Notes under the pieces: model-generated
Databases searched by the model: none
The model's input: only the letters and a program-made list of their open reading frames with translations
Told to the model about the DNA's origin: nothing
Made by a program: the position numbers and the translations under genes
Shown: in pieces, positions 1-11,006 of the stretch
Layout: each line of letters opens with the position of its first letter
Position numbering within the stretch: the first letter of the stretch is position 1
Assembly: GCA_963737905.1 (NCBI GenBank)
Contig: CAVTUQ010000002.1
Location: forward strand, 192,001-256,000
DNA length: 64,000 nucleotides
From: an uncultured delta proteobacterium
GTDB lineage: Bacteria; Desulfobacterota; Binatia; UBA9968
Direction: 5' to 3'

Positions 1-8
1 TATGTCTC

Positions 9-590
9 ATGAGTCGGAGTCCAACTGTGCAGCCCGGAGATGAAGATCTTGTCGCCCTGGCTCGAAACGGGGACCACAAGGCTTTCGAAGAACTCGTGGA
101 GCGGCACAAACAGAAAGCGTACCGGATCGCGTTCGATTTCGCCCGCGATCGTGAGGAAGCAAAGGATCTCTCTCAAGAAGCATTTTTGCGAGCTTACACG
201 CATCTGGGTAATTTCGACGGCCGGTCGGGTTTCTATACATGGTTCTACCGGATTCTCGTGAACGTCTGCCTGGACTACAAACGGCGAAAAAAGCGCACCT
301 TCGCCGAGGAGTTTAACGAAGCGGTCGAAAACCAGGTGGAGCCGAGCCATCTGTCACAAAAGCAGCCTTCGCCTGATCAGCAAGTCCTGGCGGGACAGTT
401 GTCGCGTAAAGTCAGCGTCGCGCTAGAGGGGTTGCCGCCCAAACAGAGAACTGCATTCATTTTGAAAAACAACCAAGGGCTTTCGATCAAAGAGATCGCG
501 GAAATGATGCAAACCGCCGAGGGCACAGTCAAAGTTCATCTCCATCGCGCGGTGACGGCGCTCCGCCAAAGCCTGGCGGAGTTCGCTTAG
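9..590 (+). CDS. ECF-type RNA polymerase sigma factor
   Basis: Region 2 (DLSQEAFLRAY...FYTWFYRILVNVCLD) and region 4 (LPPKQRTAF...SIKEIAEMMQTAEGTVKVHLHRA); 193 aa. Confidence 0.93.
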   Translation: MSRSPTVQPGDEDLVALARNGDHKAFEELVERHKQKAYRIAFDFARDREEAKDLSQEAFLRAYTHLGNFDGRSGFYTWFYRILVNVCLDYKRRKKRTFAEEFNEAVENQVEPSHLSQKQPSPDQQVLAGQLSRKVSVALEGLPPKQRTAFILKNNQGLSIKEIAEMMQTAEGTVKVHLHRAVTALRQSLAEFA

Positions 591-599
591 GAGGTCAGT

Positions 600-1118
600 A
601 TGGCGCAACATGAAAAATTAGATACCGTAGCTTGCACGAATCGGGAAGAGGATCTGGTGCTCTACTACTACGGCGAACTAGGCAATGGACGCACAGCGTT
701 AGAAGAGCATGTGCGAGGTTGCGAGCCCTGTCGGTTCTATCTGAAAGAGCTGGAGTCAATTCTTCCGTTGACCGTCAAGCCCGACGAGCCACCGCAGGCC
801 TTCTGGGACGATTACAGCCGGGAGATGCGACGCAAGCTAACGGAGGTCAAAGAGAGAAAGTCGTGGTGGCAGAGCTTAGCGTCATTTTTACAACCCTGGG
901 CAATCCCCGTTTCTGCTACGGCGATCGTGGCGCTATTGGCGCTGACGTTGACTCTTGGCAAGGGATTTTGGAGCTCCAAGGAAGTCCCGCAGGATGATGA
1001 AGCATTTATGGAGATTCTGCCGGCGGTGGAGAACCTGGAGTTCTTCAAAACCATGGAGGTGCTCGATGCGATGGATTTTCTGGAAAATATGGGAAACACG
1101 AGCAACCGCTCAACCTAG
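600..1118 (+). CDS. Putative zinc-finger (HxxxCxxC) membrane anti-sigma factor
   Basis: HVRGCEPC motif, one hydrophobic helix, AGGAGG RBS, directly downstream of the ECF sigma. Confidence 0.8.
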   Translation: MAQHEKLDTVACTNREEDLVLYYYGELGNGRTALEEHVRGCEPCRFYLKELESILPLTVKPDEPPQAFWDDYSREMRRKLTEVKERKSWWQSLASFLQPWAIPVSATAIVALLALTLTLGKGFWSSKEVPQDDEAFMEILPAVENLEFFKTMEVLDAMDFLENMGNTSNRST

Positions 1119-1132
1119 CAAGGTCAAAGTTC

Positions 1133-2014
1133 ATGACACAAGTGACTTGGCTAATATTCCTTCTGATCCTGGCAGTGCCACCGGTTGTGTCTACCGCTAC
1201 CAAAGAGACTGAGCCACCGGACAAAGAAATGCTCCGCATGATGGATCTTTTGCGCGAGATGGAGATGATCAAGCAAGTGGAAATGATGCAGGACTTATCG
1301 CAGGTGGAGCAGATAGGAGATCCTGGTGCAGATAATCGCGGACGCGAAACCGTTGCCGGCGAAAAGAAAGGAGGCGGCAAAGTGAACAAACTGATAAAAG
1401 TCTTTCCGCATGTCCTGCTTGCCGCTTTGTTTTTGTTTCCGGCTGCGGTATGGAGCCAGGTGCAGCCAGGGGAAAGGCTAACCCAAAATGACCAGGGGGC
1501 GCTGGATCGCTGGCAGCGAATGACCCCGGAGGAAAAACAGGATCTGCGCGATCGCTACCAGCGCTGGAAGGGTTTGCCACCGGAACAAAAGGCCGACTTG
1601 CAGAAGCGGTATGACAACTGGCGCCGTCTTTCGCCCGACGAAAAGGCGACAGTGCAAAAGAATTACGAGCGTTGGCAGGGCCTTTCCCCCGATCAGCGGG
1701 AACGGTTGCAGCAGCGCTGGCAACAATGGCGCGCGCTTCCGCCGGAGCGCCGTCAGGCGCTGAAGGAGCGCTTTGAGCGCTACCGCGAATTGCCTCCGGA
1801 GAAACGGCGCGAGCTCAAGGAAGAGTTTCAGGAAAAATTCCAAAACCTCTCTCCCGAAGAAAAACAGCAATTGCGCGACAAGTTCCGCGAGCGCGCCCAA
1901 CGGCTTTCACCGGAGCAGAAGCAGCACCTGCGCGAGAAGCTGGAGCGACTCTCACCGGAAGAAAGAAAAGCTTTGCGGCAACAGTTCAAGGACAAGACTC
2001 AACCGGCCAAATAA
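1133..2014 (+). CDS. DUF3106-like helical repeat protein (may be two genes joined by an indel; second start GTG at 1382)
   Basis: Repeated W..L(S/P)PE(E/Q)(K/R) units; two signal-like hydrophobic segments; internal AGGAGG RBS before GTG 1382. Confidence 0.7.
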   Translation: MTQVTWLIFLLILAVPPVVSTATKETEPPDKEMLRMMDLLREMEMIKQVEMMQDLSQVEQIGDPGADNRGRETVAGEKKGGGKVNKLIKVFPHVLLAALFLFPAAVWSQVQPGERLTQNDQGALDRWQRMTPEEKQDLRDRYQRWKGLPPEQKADLQKRYDNWRRLSPDEKATVQKNYERWQGLSPDQRERLQQRWQQWRALPPERRQALKERFERYRELPPEKRRELKEEFQEKFQNLSPEEKQQLRDKFRERAQRLSPEQKQHLREKLERLSPEERKALRQQFKDKTQPAK

Positions 2015-2030
2015 AGACGAGGACTCGAAT

Positions 2031-3451
2031 ATGAGTGCACAGTTAACCGAGGAACAAAAGGTCATCCATTTCTTGAACCGAACCAGCTTTGGACCGACGC
2101 GAGAAGAAGTGCAGAAAGTCAACCGGCTGGGAATCCACGCCTACCTGGAGGAGCAGCTCCACCCTGAAAGTATTTCCGACACCCTCGTCGAGGAAAAACT
2201 CGCCGGTCTCAAAACCATGCGGCTCAGCAGCCGCGAGCTCATCGAACTTTACCCGCTGCCAAAACAGCAACGGGCCGGCCAGCAAGAGATGATGGGCCAG
2301 CAGCAGATGCAAGGACCGCGCACCGTGATTCTTGAGCTGCAACAGGGCGCGGCTACTACGCGTCGATCTATAGCCAGCGACAGCTCTATGAAATTATGGT
2401 GGATTTTTGGAGCAACCATTTTAATGTATTCTCGGCCAAGGGAGCCGATCGGTGGTTAACGACCGCTTACGACCGGGACACCATTCGACCCCACACGCTC
2501 GGCCGTTTTAAAGACCTTTTGCTCGCCACTGCCCAGAGTCCGGCGATGCTTTTTTATCTGGATAACTGGCTCAGCGCCAGCCCCAACGCCGTCGTCGCCA
2601 GGTTCGCGCCCAACAATCCACGTCGCGGCCTCAATGAGAATTATGCGCGGGAGTTGATGGAGCTCCATACGTTAGGGGTGGACGGCGGTTACACGCAAAA
2701 AGATGTGCGCGAAGTCGCCCGCTGCTTTACCGGATGGACGATACGGCAACCGCGAAGCGAAGGGACGTTTCACTTCGAGCCGCGGATCCACGACGGCGGC
2801 GAGAAAATCGTTCTGGGTAATCGCATCCCGCCGGGAGGAGGAATGGAGGATGGCTTGCGAGTCATCGACCTACTGGCGCGCCATCCCTCCACGGCTCGTT
2901 TTATCTCTTCGAAACTGGCGCGGCGGTTCATCTCCGACAACCCGCCGGCGTCGATTGTGAACAAAGCAGCCGAAGTATTTAGCAACAGCGCCGGCGATAT
3001 TCCGACGGTCCTCAGAACGCTCATCGACTCACCGGAATTTTTTTCGCCAGAAATCTATCAAGCGAAAGTAAAGAAACCCTTGGAATTTGTCGCCAGCGCG
3101 CTACGCACCACCGGAGCCGAAGTGCAATTATCGCATCAGCTCCTGCGCTACCTCGGCCGCATGGGAGAACCGCTCTTTCTGGCCCAGCCGCCCACCGGCT
3201 ACCCCGATGTCGGCGCTTCGTGGACTAGCTCTGACATGCTGCTCACGAGAATGAACTTTGCCACCGACTTGATCGCCAATCGGATTCCGGGATCGCGCGT
3301 GAGACTTGAGGCGCTCGGCGACAAAGATTCTTTTGCGCATTTGATCGCCCCGGACGCGCTTTCGACCGCAACCCGTTCGGCTCTTGCCGAAACCGAGGGG
3401 AGCCAAGCCATCGCGCTGCTCATGGCGGCGCCGGAATTCCAGAGGAGGTAA
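2031..3451 (+). CDS. DUF1800 family protein (apparent frameshift near 2345-2362)
   Basis: N-terminus HFLNRTSFGP in one frame, then MVDFWSNHF, PAMLFYLDN and NENYARELMELHTLG in another. Confidence 0.85.
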
Positions 3452-3453
3452 GC

Positions 3454-4674
3454 ATGAACCCATCTCGTCGCCGCTTTCTCAAATCAACCGGTTTAGGCTT
3501 TTTGGCCCTGGGGCTTCCCCCATCCTTTCTTGTTCGCGCCGCACAAGCCCAGCAAGCGGGCAAAGGCAAAGTGTTGGTGGTTGTCTTCCAGCGCGGCGCC
3601 ATGGACGGACTCAATGCGGTCATCCCGTTCAAAGACCCCATCTACTACACCTTACGGCCGAGTATCGCTATCGCCGAGCCTGCCGCAGGAGAAGAGCGTG
3701 CCATTGATCTCGACGGCTTCTATGGACTCCATCCGGCGCTGGCGCCGCTCAAGAGTATTTACGACAAAGGCCAGTTAGCGATCGTTCATGCTGCAGGATC
3801 ACCCGACAACACACGTTCCCATTTCGACGCCCAGGATTACATGGAAATGGGCACGCCGGGAATCAAAAGCACACCGGACGGTTGGCTCAACCGTTATTTG
3901 AACGAGCAAAAAAAGGGTGAATCGGCGTTCCGTGGCGTAGCCTTGACCGCACGGCTGCCACGCATGCTCGCCGGCGGCGCGCCGGCTGTGAGCTTGTCCT
4001 CCATTGATGAATTTCGCCTGCGCAATGAAGCGATGTCGGCGACTTTGCAAAAACTCTATACCCGCACGTCGGACACGCTGTTTCGGTTGGGCGGTCAGAA
4101 TCTTTTTGCAGCGATCGCTGAGCTCAGGCGAGTCGAGTCGAAGATTCCACCCTCGGCGGAGCGCTATCCCACCGGCCGCTTCGGCGCGAGTCTCGCGCAG
4201 ATTGCCCGTCTCATCAAAGCCGACGTCGGCTTAGAGATCGCCTTCACAGAAATCCAAGGATGGGATACCCACGTGAATCAAGGAGGTGTTAAAGGGCAAA
4301 TGGCCAACCGCCTGAAAGATTTAGCCGAGAGTTTGGCGACTTTCCATCGAGACCTGGGAGACCGTGTCGAGGACGTGGTGCTCATCACCCTGTCGGAATT
4401 CGGCCGCACGGCGCGCGAGAATGGCAATCGCGGCACAGATCATGGCCATGCGAATGTCATGTTTGCTCTCGGCGGTCCGGTGCGCGGCGGCAAGGTCTAC
4501 GGCCGCTGGCCCGGTCTGGCGCCTGAAGTGCTCTATGAGGGCCGGGATCTTGACTTGACCACCGACTTCCGCACCGTTTGCGGTGAGGTGATTTCACGGC
4601 ACCTGGGGCAGAAAGATCTTTCGAAGATCTTTCCGGGATTCCGTGCTGGCAGTCATCTAGGAATCTTGGTATAG
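3454..4674 (+). CDS. DUF1501 family protein with Tat signal
   Basis: SRRRFLK Tat motif; RGAMDGLN, RSHFDAQ, GWDTH, SEFGRT and GTDHG motifs; typical partner of DUF1800. Confidence 0.9.
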   Translation: MNPSRRRFLKSTGLGFLALGLPPSFLVRAAQAQQAGKGKVLVVVFQRGAMDGLNAVIPFKDPIYYTLRPSIAIAEPAAGEERAIDLDGFYGLHPALAPLKSIYDKGQLAIVHAAGSPDNTRSHFDAQDYMEMGTPGIKSTPDGWLNRYLNEQKKGESAFRGVALTARLPRMLAGGAPAVSLSSIDEFRLRNEAMSATLQKLYTRTSDTLFRLGGQNLFAAIAELRRVESKIPPSAERYPTGRFGASLAQIARLIKADVGLEIAFTEIQGWDTHVNQGGVKGQMANRLKDLAESLATFHRDLGDRVEDVVLITLSEFGRTARENGNRGTDHGHANVMFALGGPVRGGKVYGRWPGLAPEVLYEGRDLDLTTDFRTVCGEVISRHLGQKDLSKIFPGFRAGSHLGILV

Positions 4675-4705
4675 AGGCGACCAGCCGGTCGCCCCTACAT
4701 TTTTT
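4672..4705 (+). terminator. GC hairpin with T-run between convergent genes; resembles a GTAG-type REP on the minus strand
   Basis: GGCGACC-agcc-GGTCGCC stem followed by cctacaTTTTTT. Confidence 0.6.
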
Positions 4706-4737
4706 GTTCTTGGCAAGCACTGCGAGCATGCCACGAA

Positions 4738-6588
4738 CTAAAAATCTCTCCTGTTTTCCCCTTGTTCCGTGCTCTTTGCTCCGTGCTCCATGCTCCCTGC
4801 TGTTTCCCCGCCATTCTGGAATCGATACTGCAAATCATAAAGATGTGAGTACAGCCCGCGCTGCGCAAGCAGTTCCTGGTGAGTTCCCTGTTCCCATATT
4901 TCACCCTTGTGAATCACTAGAATTCTGTCGGCGTTTTTAATGGTGGACAGCCGATGCGCGATGATCAGCGCCGTCCGATCCTTTAGAAGCTCATACAGCG
5001 CGTCCTGAATGAGCATCTCTGTTGCGGTATCGACAGAACTGGTGGCCTCGTCGAGAATGAGGATTTTTGGATCAAACGCCAGCGCGCGCGCAAAAGACAG
5101 CAACTGGCGCTGTCCTTGAGAGAGCGTCGAGCCCCGTTCTTGGACTTCTTGATGATATCGATTGGGCAGGTTCTCAATGAACGGCGCGATGTGAACACGG
5201 CGCGCCGCTTCGATCATTTTTTGTTCACTGATGCGCGCATCTCCCAGAGTGATGTTCGCGGCCATATCACCGGAAAAAAGGAAAACGTCCTGTAACACCA
5301 AGCCGATATGGCGTCGCAAGCGTTGCTTTTCCCAGTCGCGAATGTCGATATCGTCTACCAGGATCGCCCCACCAGTGACATCATAGAACCGGCATAGGGC
5401 CGAGATCATCGATGTTTTACCGCCCCCTGTTGCGCCCACCAAGGCGATCTTTTCTCCGGGCCGAACCCGGAAAGAGATCCCCTTCAGGATCGGCTCTCCA
5501 GGATTATAAGCGAGCCATACGTCTTTGAATTCGACTTCCCCTTGAAACTGTCGCGGCGCTTTGGGTTGCAAAGGATTCTTGATCGTCGCCGGGGTGTCGA
5601 GCAGCGCGAAGATCCGCTCCGACGAAGCCATCGCGGCCTGCATGATGTTGTACTTCTCCGCCAAATCGCGAATGGGCTGATACATGCGCTGAATGTACTG
5701 GATGAAGGCAACGATGACCCCGGCCTGGACCGCTTGCTGCAGAATCAATCCTCCGCCGTACCAAAGGAGCAGGCCAATGGTCAGCGCGCTAAAGATCTCG
5801 ATGATCGGAAAAAATACCGCGTTGTACTGCACGCTTCGCAGCAAGACATTACGATAACCGAAATTGATTTGTTGGAAGCGGCTGTACATCTTCGCCTCCT
5901 GGCCGAAGGCCTGAACCGTTCCGATGCCGGCGATGTTCTCTTGCAGCTCCGCATTGAGCCGCGCCAGAATCAGCCGGCTTTCCCGATAGACTTCCCGCGC
6001 GCGGCGGCGATAAAATCGGCTGAGGTAAAGGATCGCCGGAAATGCAGTGAGACAAACGAGCGCGAGCTGCCAATCCAGCCAGAGCATGACGGCGGCAATA
6101 CCGACGACAGTAAACAAATCGCCCAACAGTCCGACCACTCCGGTGCTGAAAAGTTCGTTGAGGGTTTCGACGTCGTTGACGGTTCGAGTCATGAGACGCC
6201 CCACGGGATTGCGGTCGAAGTAGGCCATGTCTTGCGTTTGCAAGTGAGAAAATATCTCCATCCTTAGATCGTGCATGGCCCGTTGGCCGGTGTATTCAGT
6301 GGTGTAGGTCTGAATGAAGAGAAACACAAATCCCAAAAGAACAGCGCCCAGATAGGCCAAAGCCATGAGGTCCAGTCCATGGATATCGTGGTTCAAGATG
6401 TACCGATCGATGGCGACCTTGGTGATATAAGGACCCGCTAACTGGGTTCCGGTGTGGAGCAAAAGAAAGGTAAAAGCGAGCGAGAGCAGTTTCCAGTAGG
6501 GTCGCAAGTAACGGAGGATCCGCCCCATCAAACGTGCGTCGTATGCCTTGCCGAGGATCTCTTCTTCCCCGTGAGGATCCGTGGTCAC
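4738..6588 (-). CDS. ABC exporter, fused permease/ATPase (MsbA/MdlB-like)
   Basis: TM domain; Walker A GATGGGKT, LSQGQRQ, ILDEATS. Confidence 0.93.
   Translation of the reverse strand: MTTDPHGEEEILGKAYDARLMGRILRYLRPYWKLLSLAFTFLLLHTGTQLAGPYITKVAIDRYILNHDIHGLDLMALAYLGAVLLGFVFLFIQTYTTEYTGQRAMHDLRMEIFSHLQTQDMAYFDRNPVGRLMTRTVNDVETLNELFSTGVVGLLGDLFTVVGIAAVMLWLDWQLALVCLTAFPAILYLSRFYRRRAREVYRESRLILARLNAELQENIAGIGTVQAFGQEAKMYSRFQQINFGYRNVLLRSVQYNAVFFPIIEIFSALTIGLLLWYGGGLILQQAVQAGVIVAFIQYIQRMYQPIRDLAEKYNIMQAAMASSERIFALLDTPATIKNPLQPKAPRQFQGEVEFKDVWLAYNPGEPILKGISFRVRPGEKIALVGATGGGKTSMISALCRFYDVTGGAILVDDIDIRDWEKQRLRRHIGLVLQDVFLFSGDMAANITLGDARISEQKMIEAARRVHIAPFIENLPNRYHQEVQERGSTLSQGQRQLLSFARALAFDPKILILDEATSSVDTATEMLIQDALYELLKDRTALIIAHRLSTIKNADRILVIHKGEIWEQGTHQELLAQRGLYSHLYDLQYRFQNGGETAGSMEHGAKSTEQGENRRDF
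4763..4801. repeat. Heptamer tandem repeat (TGCTCnn x5)
   Basis: tgttccg tgctctt tgctccg tgctcca tgctccc, within the C-terminal tail of the ABC exporter. Confidence 0.75.
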
Positions 6589-8264
6589 GGTCTATCCTCT
6601 TCCTGATGCTTCAAGGCCTGGACTTGTCGAGCCAATTGCTGCCGTTGATAAAGCTCGTAGTACGCGCCGCGCCGCGCAAGCAGTTCATCATGCGTGCCAA
6701 GCTCAATGATCCTGCCGCCTCGGAGATAAACGATCATATCGGCAGTGCGGACGGTGGAAATGCGATGGGAGATCAGCAACGTCGTCCGTCCCTTCATGAA
6801 CTGTTTGAGCTCCCCGAGAATTTCCTCTTCAGTCTCGACATCGACGCTGGAAAAAGCATCGTCGAGGATCAGGATCGGGGGATTCTTAATAATTGCCCGG
6901 GCCAAAGCGGTTCGCTGTTTTTGGCCGCCGGAAAGACGAACTCCCCGCTCACCGATGATCGTATCGAATCGATTGCTGAAGGACTCGATGGCCGGCAGCA
7001 ATCGCGCGACCCGCGCCGCTTCTTGGGCTTTCTGGGCATCGCCATTGTCAAGGCCGAAGAGGATATTGTCGCGGATCGTCCCGGAAAAGAGGAAGATATC
7101 TTGCGAAACAATGCCGACGGCGGCCTCGACTTCGGCAATGGGCAACCGCTTAATGTCAGTCGTATCGATAAAAACCGTTCCGTCAGGCGGCTCGAAAAGC
7201 CTGAGCAACAAACTGACCATAGTGCTCTTGCCCGAACCCGTTTCTCCCACAATACCGCAGATTCCCCCGGGAGGGATCACTAGATTGATGTTTTGCAGCA
7301 CGGGGGGATGATCAGCGGCATAAGCGAAAGTCAGATTACGAAATTCGACGGAGCCTCGGTTCAAAGCCGGCCGACCATCAAATTCAACTATCTCGTAACG
7401 AGGCGAAACGGGTGTATCCAAAACTTCAAATACCCTGCTGAGCGCGGCCGTGCCCCTCTGGTACTGGTTGACAACGTAGCCCACCGCCATGAGAGGCCAG
7501 GTCATCATCGCGAGGTAGCCGTTGAAGGCGACGAACTCGCCGAGTGTCATGGTTCCCTGCAACACCTGGCGACCGCCCAACCAGAGGACCAAGGTCGCCC
7601 CGATTCCCGCCAACACTTGCATGAGCGGCCAAAAAATTCCCCAGAGAGTGGCAAGCCACATAGTACTGTATCGATAGCGCTCGCTGATGGCGTTAAAACC
7701 GCTTATTTGATTTTGCTCCTGGGCGTAGGCCTGGACCACCCGAACGCCCGCGAAATTCTCTTGCACATAGGCGCTCATGACACTGATCTGGTCCTGGGTA
7801 TCCCGGGACCAACGAAAGATATGCCGGCCGAAGAAGCGCACCACTACCGTGATCAGCGGCATCGCCAGCATCGACCACAGAGTCAGCCAAGGATCGATGC
7901 TGATCATGAAAGTGAGGCAAAAAACAATGACAACCATGGCATCGACGATGGCGAGAGAGCCAAACCCCATGAGCTCGCGCACCGCCTGAATGTCATTGGT
8001 CATCCGCGACATCAGATCGCCGGTCTTGGTATGCTGGAAATAGTCCAGCGGCAGTTTCTGCAGGTGAGAGAAAACGCGATCCCGCAGATCCGCCTCACAG
8101 CGCCGCGAGAAACCATGAACGTTGATGCGCCAGCCGTAACGAAATAAACCCTGCAGCATGGCCGCGCCCAGGATCAACAAAGGGTATCGCAGTAAAGAAA
8201 CCGAACCGTCGGCCTTGTACAGCGTCGTATCGATGGCGTCCTTGATCAGCCAGGGAAGCGCCAT
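6585..8264 (-). CDS. ABC exporter, fused permease/ATPase (MdlA-like heterodimer partner); frame stays open about 35 codons upstream
   Basis: GETGSGKS, LSGGQKQR, degenerate Walker B ILDDA; overlaps the next gene by 4 nt. Confidence 0.92.
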   Translation of the reverse strand: MALPWLIKDAIDTTLYKADGSVSLLRYPLLILGAAMLQGLFRYGWRINVHGFSRRCEADLRDRVFSHLQKLPLDYFQHTKTGDLMSRMTNDIQAVRELMGFGSLAIVDAMVVIVFCLTFMISIDPWLTLWSMLAMPLITVVVRFFGRHIFRWSRDTQDQISVMSAYVQENFAGVRVVQAYAQEQNQISGFNAISERYRYSTMWLATLWGIFWPLMQVLAGIGATLVLWLGGRQVLQGTMTLGEFVAFNGYLAMMTWPLMAVGYVVNQYQRGTAALSRVFEVLDTPVSPRYEIVEFDGRPALNRGSVEFRNLTFAYAADHPPVLQNINLVIPPGGICGIVGETGSGKSTMVSLLLRLFEPPDGTVFIDTTDIKRLPIAEVEAAVGIVSQDIFLFSGTIRDNILFGLDNGDAQKAQEAARVARLLPAIESFSNRFDTIIGERGVRLSGGQKQRTALARAIIKNPPILILDDAFSSVDVETEEEILGELKQFMKGRTTLLISHRISTVRTADMIVYLRGGRIIELGTHDELLARRGAYYELYQRQQLARQVQALKHQEEDRP

Positions 8265-8495
8265 CCCCGCGAAGTCCGTAGCAATCAGCGAAAGAATGCC
8301 GAGGATGAGGAAACGGCGGTAGCGGTCAATGAGAAACTTGACGCGGTGGTAATGCCGAAGAATCTTTAATTCCTCTTACTGGAGCCGTTGGACCGGCCCG
8401 ATTTTATTCACCGAAGATGACCGAGCAACGAGCCTCCCCGGTCGCAGGCAATGGGCCTGTGACTTGAGGAAGCCTGACAAATTGGAGGGCTGGAG

Positions 8496-10080
8496 CTATT
8501 CTCTCTTGATGCCATGCTCTTGTTCCACCTCGGCCCACTTTCCGGCCATCAGCTTTTCCATGACGGGCTCAAGCCCTGAAATCGCGATCCGAACTTGCTC
8601 CATCGTATCGCGATCGCGAATCGTGACTTTTTCATCCGCCTGCGCTTTTTCGTCGCCCACTGTTTGAACGTCCACGGTGACGCAAAACGGCGTGCCCACT
8701 TCGTCTTGGCGCCGATAGAGACGGCCGATGGACGCCGTGTCGTCATAGACCGTGTACCGGTGCCGACGCAGGTCAGCGGTGAGCTTCTTTGCTGTCTCCA
8801 CGATTCGATCGTTCTTCTTCAGCAGTGGCAACACGGCGATCTTGATCGGCGCCAGCTCCGGATGAAATTTCAGAACGACACGCTTTTCTCCTCTGACCTC
8901 TTCCTCGTGATAAGCGTCGACCAGAAACGCGAGGGTCGATCGATCCGCTCCGGCCGAAGGTTCGATGACATAGGGAACGATCTTTTGTTTGCTTTCTTCG
9001 TCGAAATACTCGAGGGCCTTGCCGCTGAACTGGGAGTGTTGTTTTAGATCATAGTCGGTGCGGTTTGCGATGCCTTCGAGCTCGCTCCAGCCCATCGGGA
9101 AGAGATACTCGATATCCACGCATCCCTTGGCATAGTGGGCCAGCTCATCTTGCTCATGTTTACGCTGTCGAATGTTTTCTGTTCCTATGCCGTAGCGCTG
9201 GTACCATTCAAAGCGCTCATCGACCCACTTTTGATGCCATTCTTCATCCGTCCCCGGCATACAGAAAAATTCGATCTCCATCTGCTCGAACTCGCGCGTG
9301 CGGAATGTAAAATTGCCCGGCGTGATCTCATTACGAAACGCCTTACCGATCTGCGCGATTCCGAAAGGCAGCTTCTTCCGCGAAGCCTGAAGAACATTGT
9401 CGAAATTGACAAAGATTCCCTGGGCCGTCTCGGGCCTGAGATAAATCTTGATCGCCGTTTCTTGCACCGGACCGAGAGACGTTTCGAGCATCAGGCCTGC
9501 GGGTCTGGGCTCGGAAAGCTTTCCACCGCAGCTCGGGCAGATGGAATCGGATCCGCCGATTTCGTTCAGGAATTCTCTTTCTGGAGATTTGATTGGGCCC
9601 ATGTTGTACCCGGCGCGAGACTCTTTCGGCAAATGCCTCCGCCTGTTTGACCGAGGCTAAGTTCGGGGCGAGTTTTTTGCCATCACCCTTGACCCAGTTG
9701 ATAACGGCAGCCCATGTTCCCTTGTCTCGAACTTCCGTCAACTTCTGCCACCACTTACTGCTCTTCCTCGCCTCCTCGACGTGATCTGCGCGGTAGTGCC
9801 TACCACAATCAAGGCAGCCCGTAAAAGGATCAGAGAAGCTGGCGAGGTGTCCGCTCGCCTCCCACACTCTGGGGTGCATCGTGATCGCGGCATCGAGCCC
9901 GACCATGTCGTCTCTCAGATGAACGTTATCGCGCCACCACAGACGCTTGACGTTGTTCTTGAGCTCAACACCCAAAGGCCCGTAGTCCCAAGCGGAGCCC
10001 AGCCCACCGTAAATCTCACTCGACTGAAAAATAAACCCGCGCCGCTTGGATAGCGACACGATCTTGTCCATGTCTACCAT
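8496..10080 (-). CDS. glyQS: Glycine--tRNA ligase, homodimeric type (apparent frameshift near 9610)
   Basis: [53 protein letters not shown]; split over two ORFs. Confidence 0.95.
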
Positions 10081-10194
10081 TTAGACCGCCTTCACTCATC
10101 ACAAATGCATTTTAATGTAATCAATGACGGAGGAGGAGTCAAAAAGGCGATTTATCGATCGGCAATGCCGATTTTTTTCGCACCCAGCTATGAA

Positions 10195-11001
10195 CTACGT
10201 CAAGCCCAGGACATCCGGCATGCCGTAGAGCCCTGGCTTCTGCTTGGCGAGCCACTGGGCGGCCCGAATAGCGCCGCGGGCGAAGGTGTCGCGGCTATGA
10301 GCGCGGTGAATGAATTCGAGTCGCTCACCGATGCCGCCGAAGATGACGGTGTGCTCGCCAACGATGTCACCAGCGCGGACGGAAAGCAGCGCAATCTCTT
10401 TCTTTGACCGCTCGCCGACGATACCTTTTCGGCCGTTGATGCCGATTTGGTCCAAATCGCGATTCAGCGCTTTCGCTACTGACCTCCCCAAGGCCAAAGC
10501 CGTCCCGCTGGGAGCATCTTTTTTGAAGCGATGGTGGGCCTCAATAATCTCGACGTCGTAATCCTCGCCGAGCATCTCGGCAGCCCTGCCAAGAAGAGAG
10601 ACGAGCACGTTCACGCCCAAGCTGGTGTTGGCCGAAAGGAGAGTAGGCGTGCGCCGCGAGAGTCGTTTGATCTCGGCCAGTCGCGTCGAGTTGAATCCGG
10701 TAGTTGCAATAACGATGGGGATGGCCTTTTTTGCCGCAGCTCTCAGGTAACCTAGGGAAGCTTCGGGGTTGGTAAAGTCGATGATGACTGTATTGGGCTC
10801 GAGCTGCGATTCGATCTTGTCCTTGACTTCGACACCCAGATGTCCGGCGCCGGAGACGTCCCCCGCGTCTTTTCCCAACCTGGTGCTCCCAGGTTTATCG
10901 ACGGCAGCCATCAACCGGACGCCAGCAGTCTGGGCTGCGGCACGCACGACCGCCCCACCCATGCGCCCGCCGACGCCGCAGACAATGAGGCCCAGCGCCA
11001 T
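10195..11001 (-). CDS. dapB: 4-hydroxy-tetrahydrodipicolinate reductase
   Basis: GRMG, IDFT, EAHHRFKKDAPSGTAL, GEHTV. Confidence 0.96.
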   Translation of the reverse strand: MALGLIVCGVGGRMGGAVVRAAAQTAGVRLMAAVDKPGSTRLGKDAGDVSGAGHLGVEVKDKIESQLEPNTVIIDFTNPEASLGYLRAAAKKAIPIVIATTGFNSTRLAEIKRLSRRTPTLLSANTSLGVNVLVSLLGRAAEMLGEDYDVEIIEAHHRFKKDAPSGTALALGRSVAKALNRDLDQIGINGRKGIVGERSKKEIALLSVRAGDIVGEHTVIFGGIGERLEFIHRAHSRDTFARGAIRAAQWLAKQKPGLYGMPDVLGLT

Positions 11002-11006
11002 TGGAA

